From: Octopus sinensis
Taxonomy: Eukaryota
Assembly: GCF_006345805.1 (NCBI RefSeq)
Contig: NC_043010.1
Location: 47,182,001-47,246,000, forward strand
Direction of reading: 5' to 3'
DNA length: 64,000 nucleotides
Positions within the stretch are counted from its first letter, which is position 1; each line of letters opens with the position of its first letter. The notes under the pieces are model-generated. The model worked only from the letters and a program-made list of their open reading frames with translations, did no database searches and was not told the DNA's origin. Below are positions 63,924 through 64,000 of the stretch, one piece after another. The position numbers and the translations under genes are program-made.

Positions 63924-64000
63924 CTGAAAGGGAAAAGGAAATAAAAATGTACATCATGGTAGAACAGAAGACTATCAATCAGTTGCTGTGCTTTTGAAGT

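Overview
AT-rich, repeat-dense eukaryotic DNA, probably a coleoid cephalopod (Octopus-like; inferred from the tRNA-SINE/RTE/CR1 repeat set, not from a search). Almost all ORF-track ORFs are repeat or microsatellite artefacts. Two spliced genes lie on the minus strand, both rebuilt by hand with GT-AG junctions and consistent phases. (1) DNAL1, axonemal outer-arm dynein light chain 1: 10 exons, 191 aa, 1181-21215. Its ATG-only first exon lies next to an RFX X-box and a forkhead site. (2) The last 17 coding exons (534 aa) of EXOC6/Sec15, 36987-63923, whose 5' part lies beyond the window. Introns and the intergenic gap hold several tRNA-headed SINE families, 3' fragments of RTE, CR1, R4/Dong and HERO-like LINEs, a Gypsy pol fossil, mariner and Tigger remnants, piggyBac-type MITEs, an intact non-autonomous Helitron, a Helitron helicase fossil and many foldback hairpins. 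The most unusual item is a tRNA-headed element with a hammerhead-ribozyme-like core, present as an inverted pair in a DNAL1 intron. Exon coordinates were counted base by base; repeat boundaries are approximate (about +/-10-30 bp) unless termini or TSDs are given.
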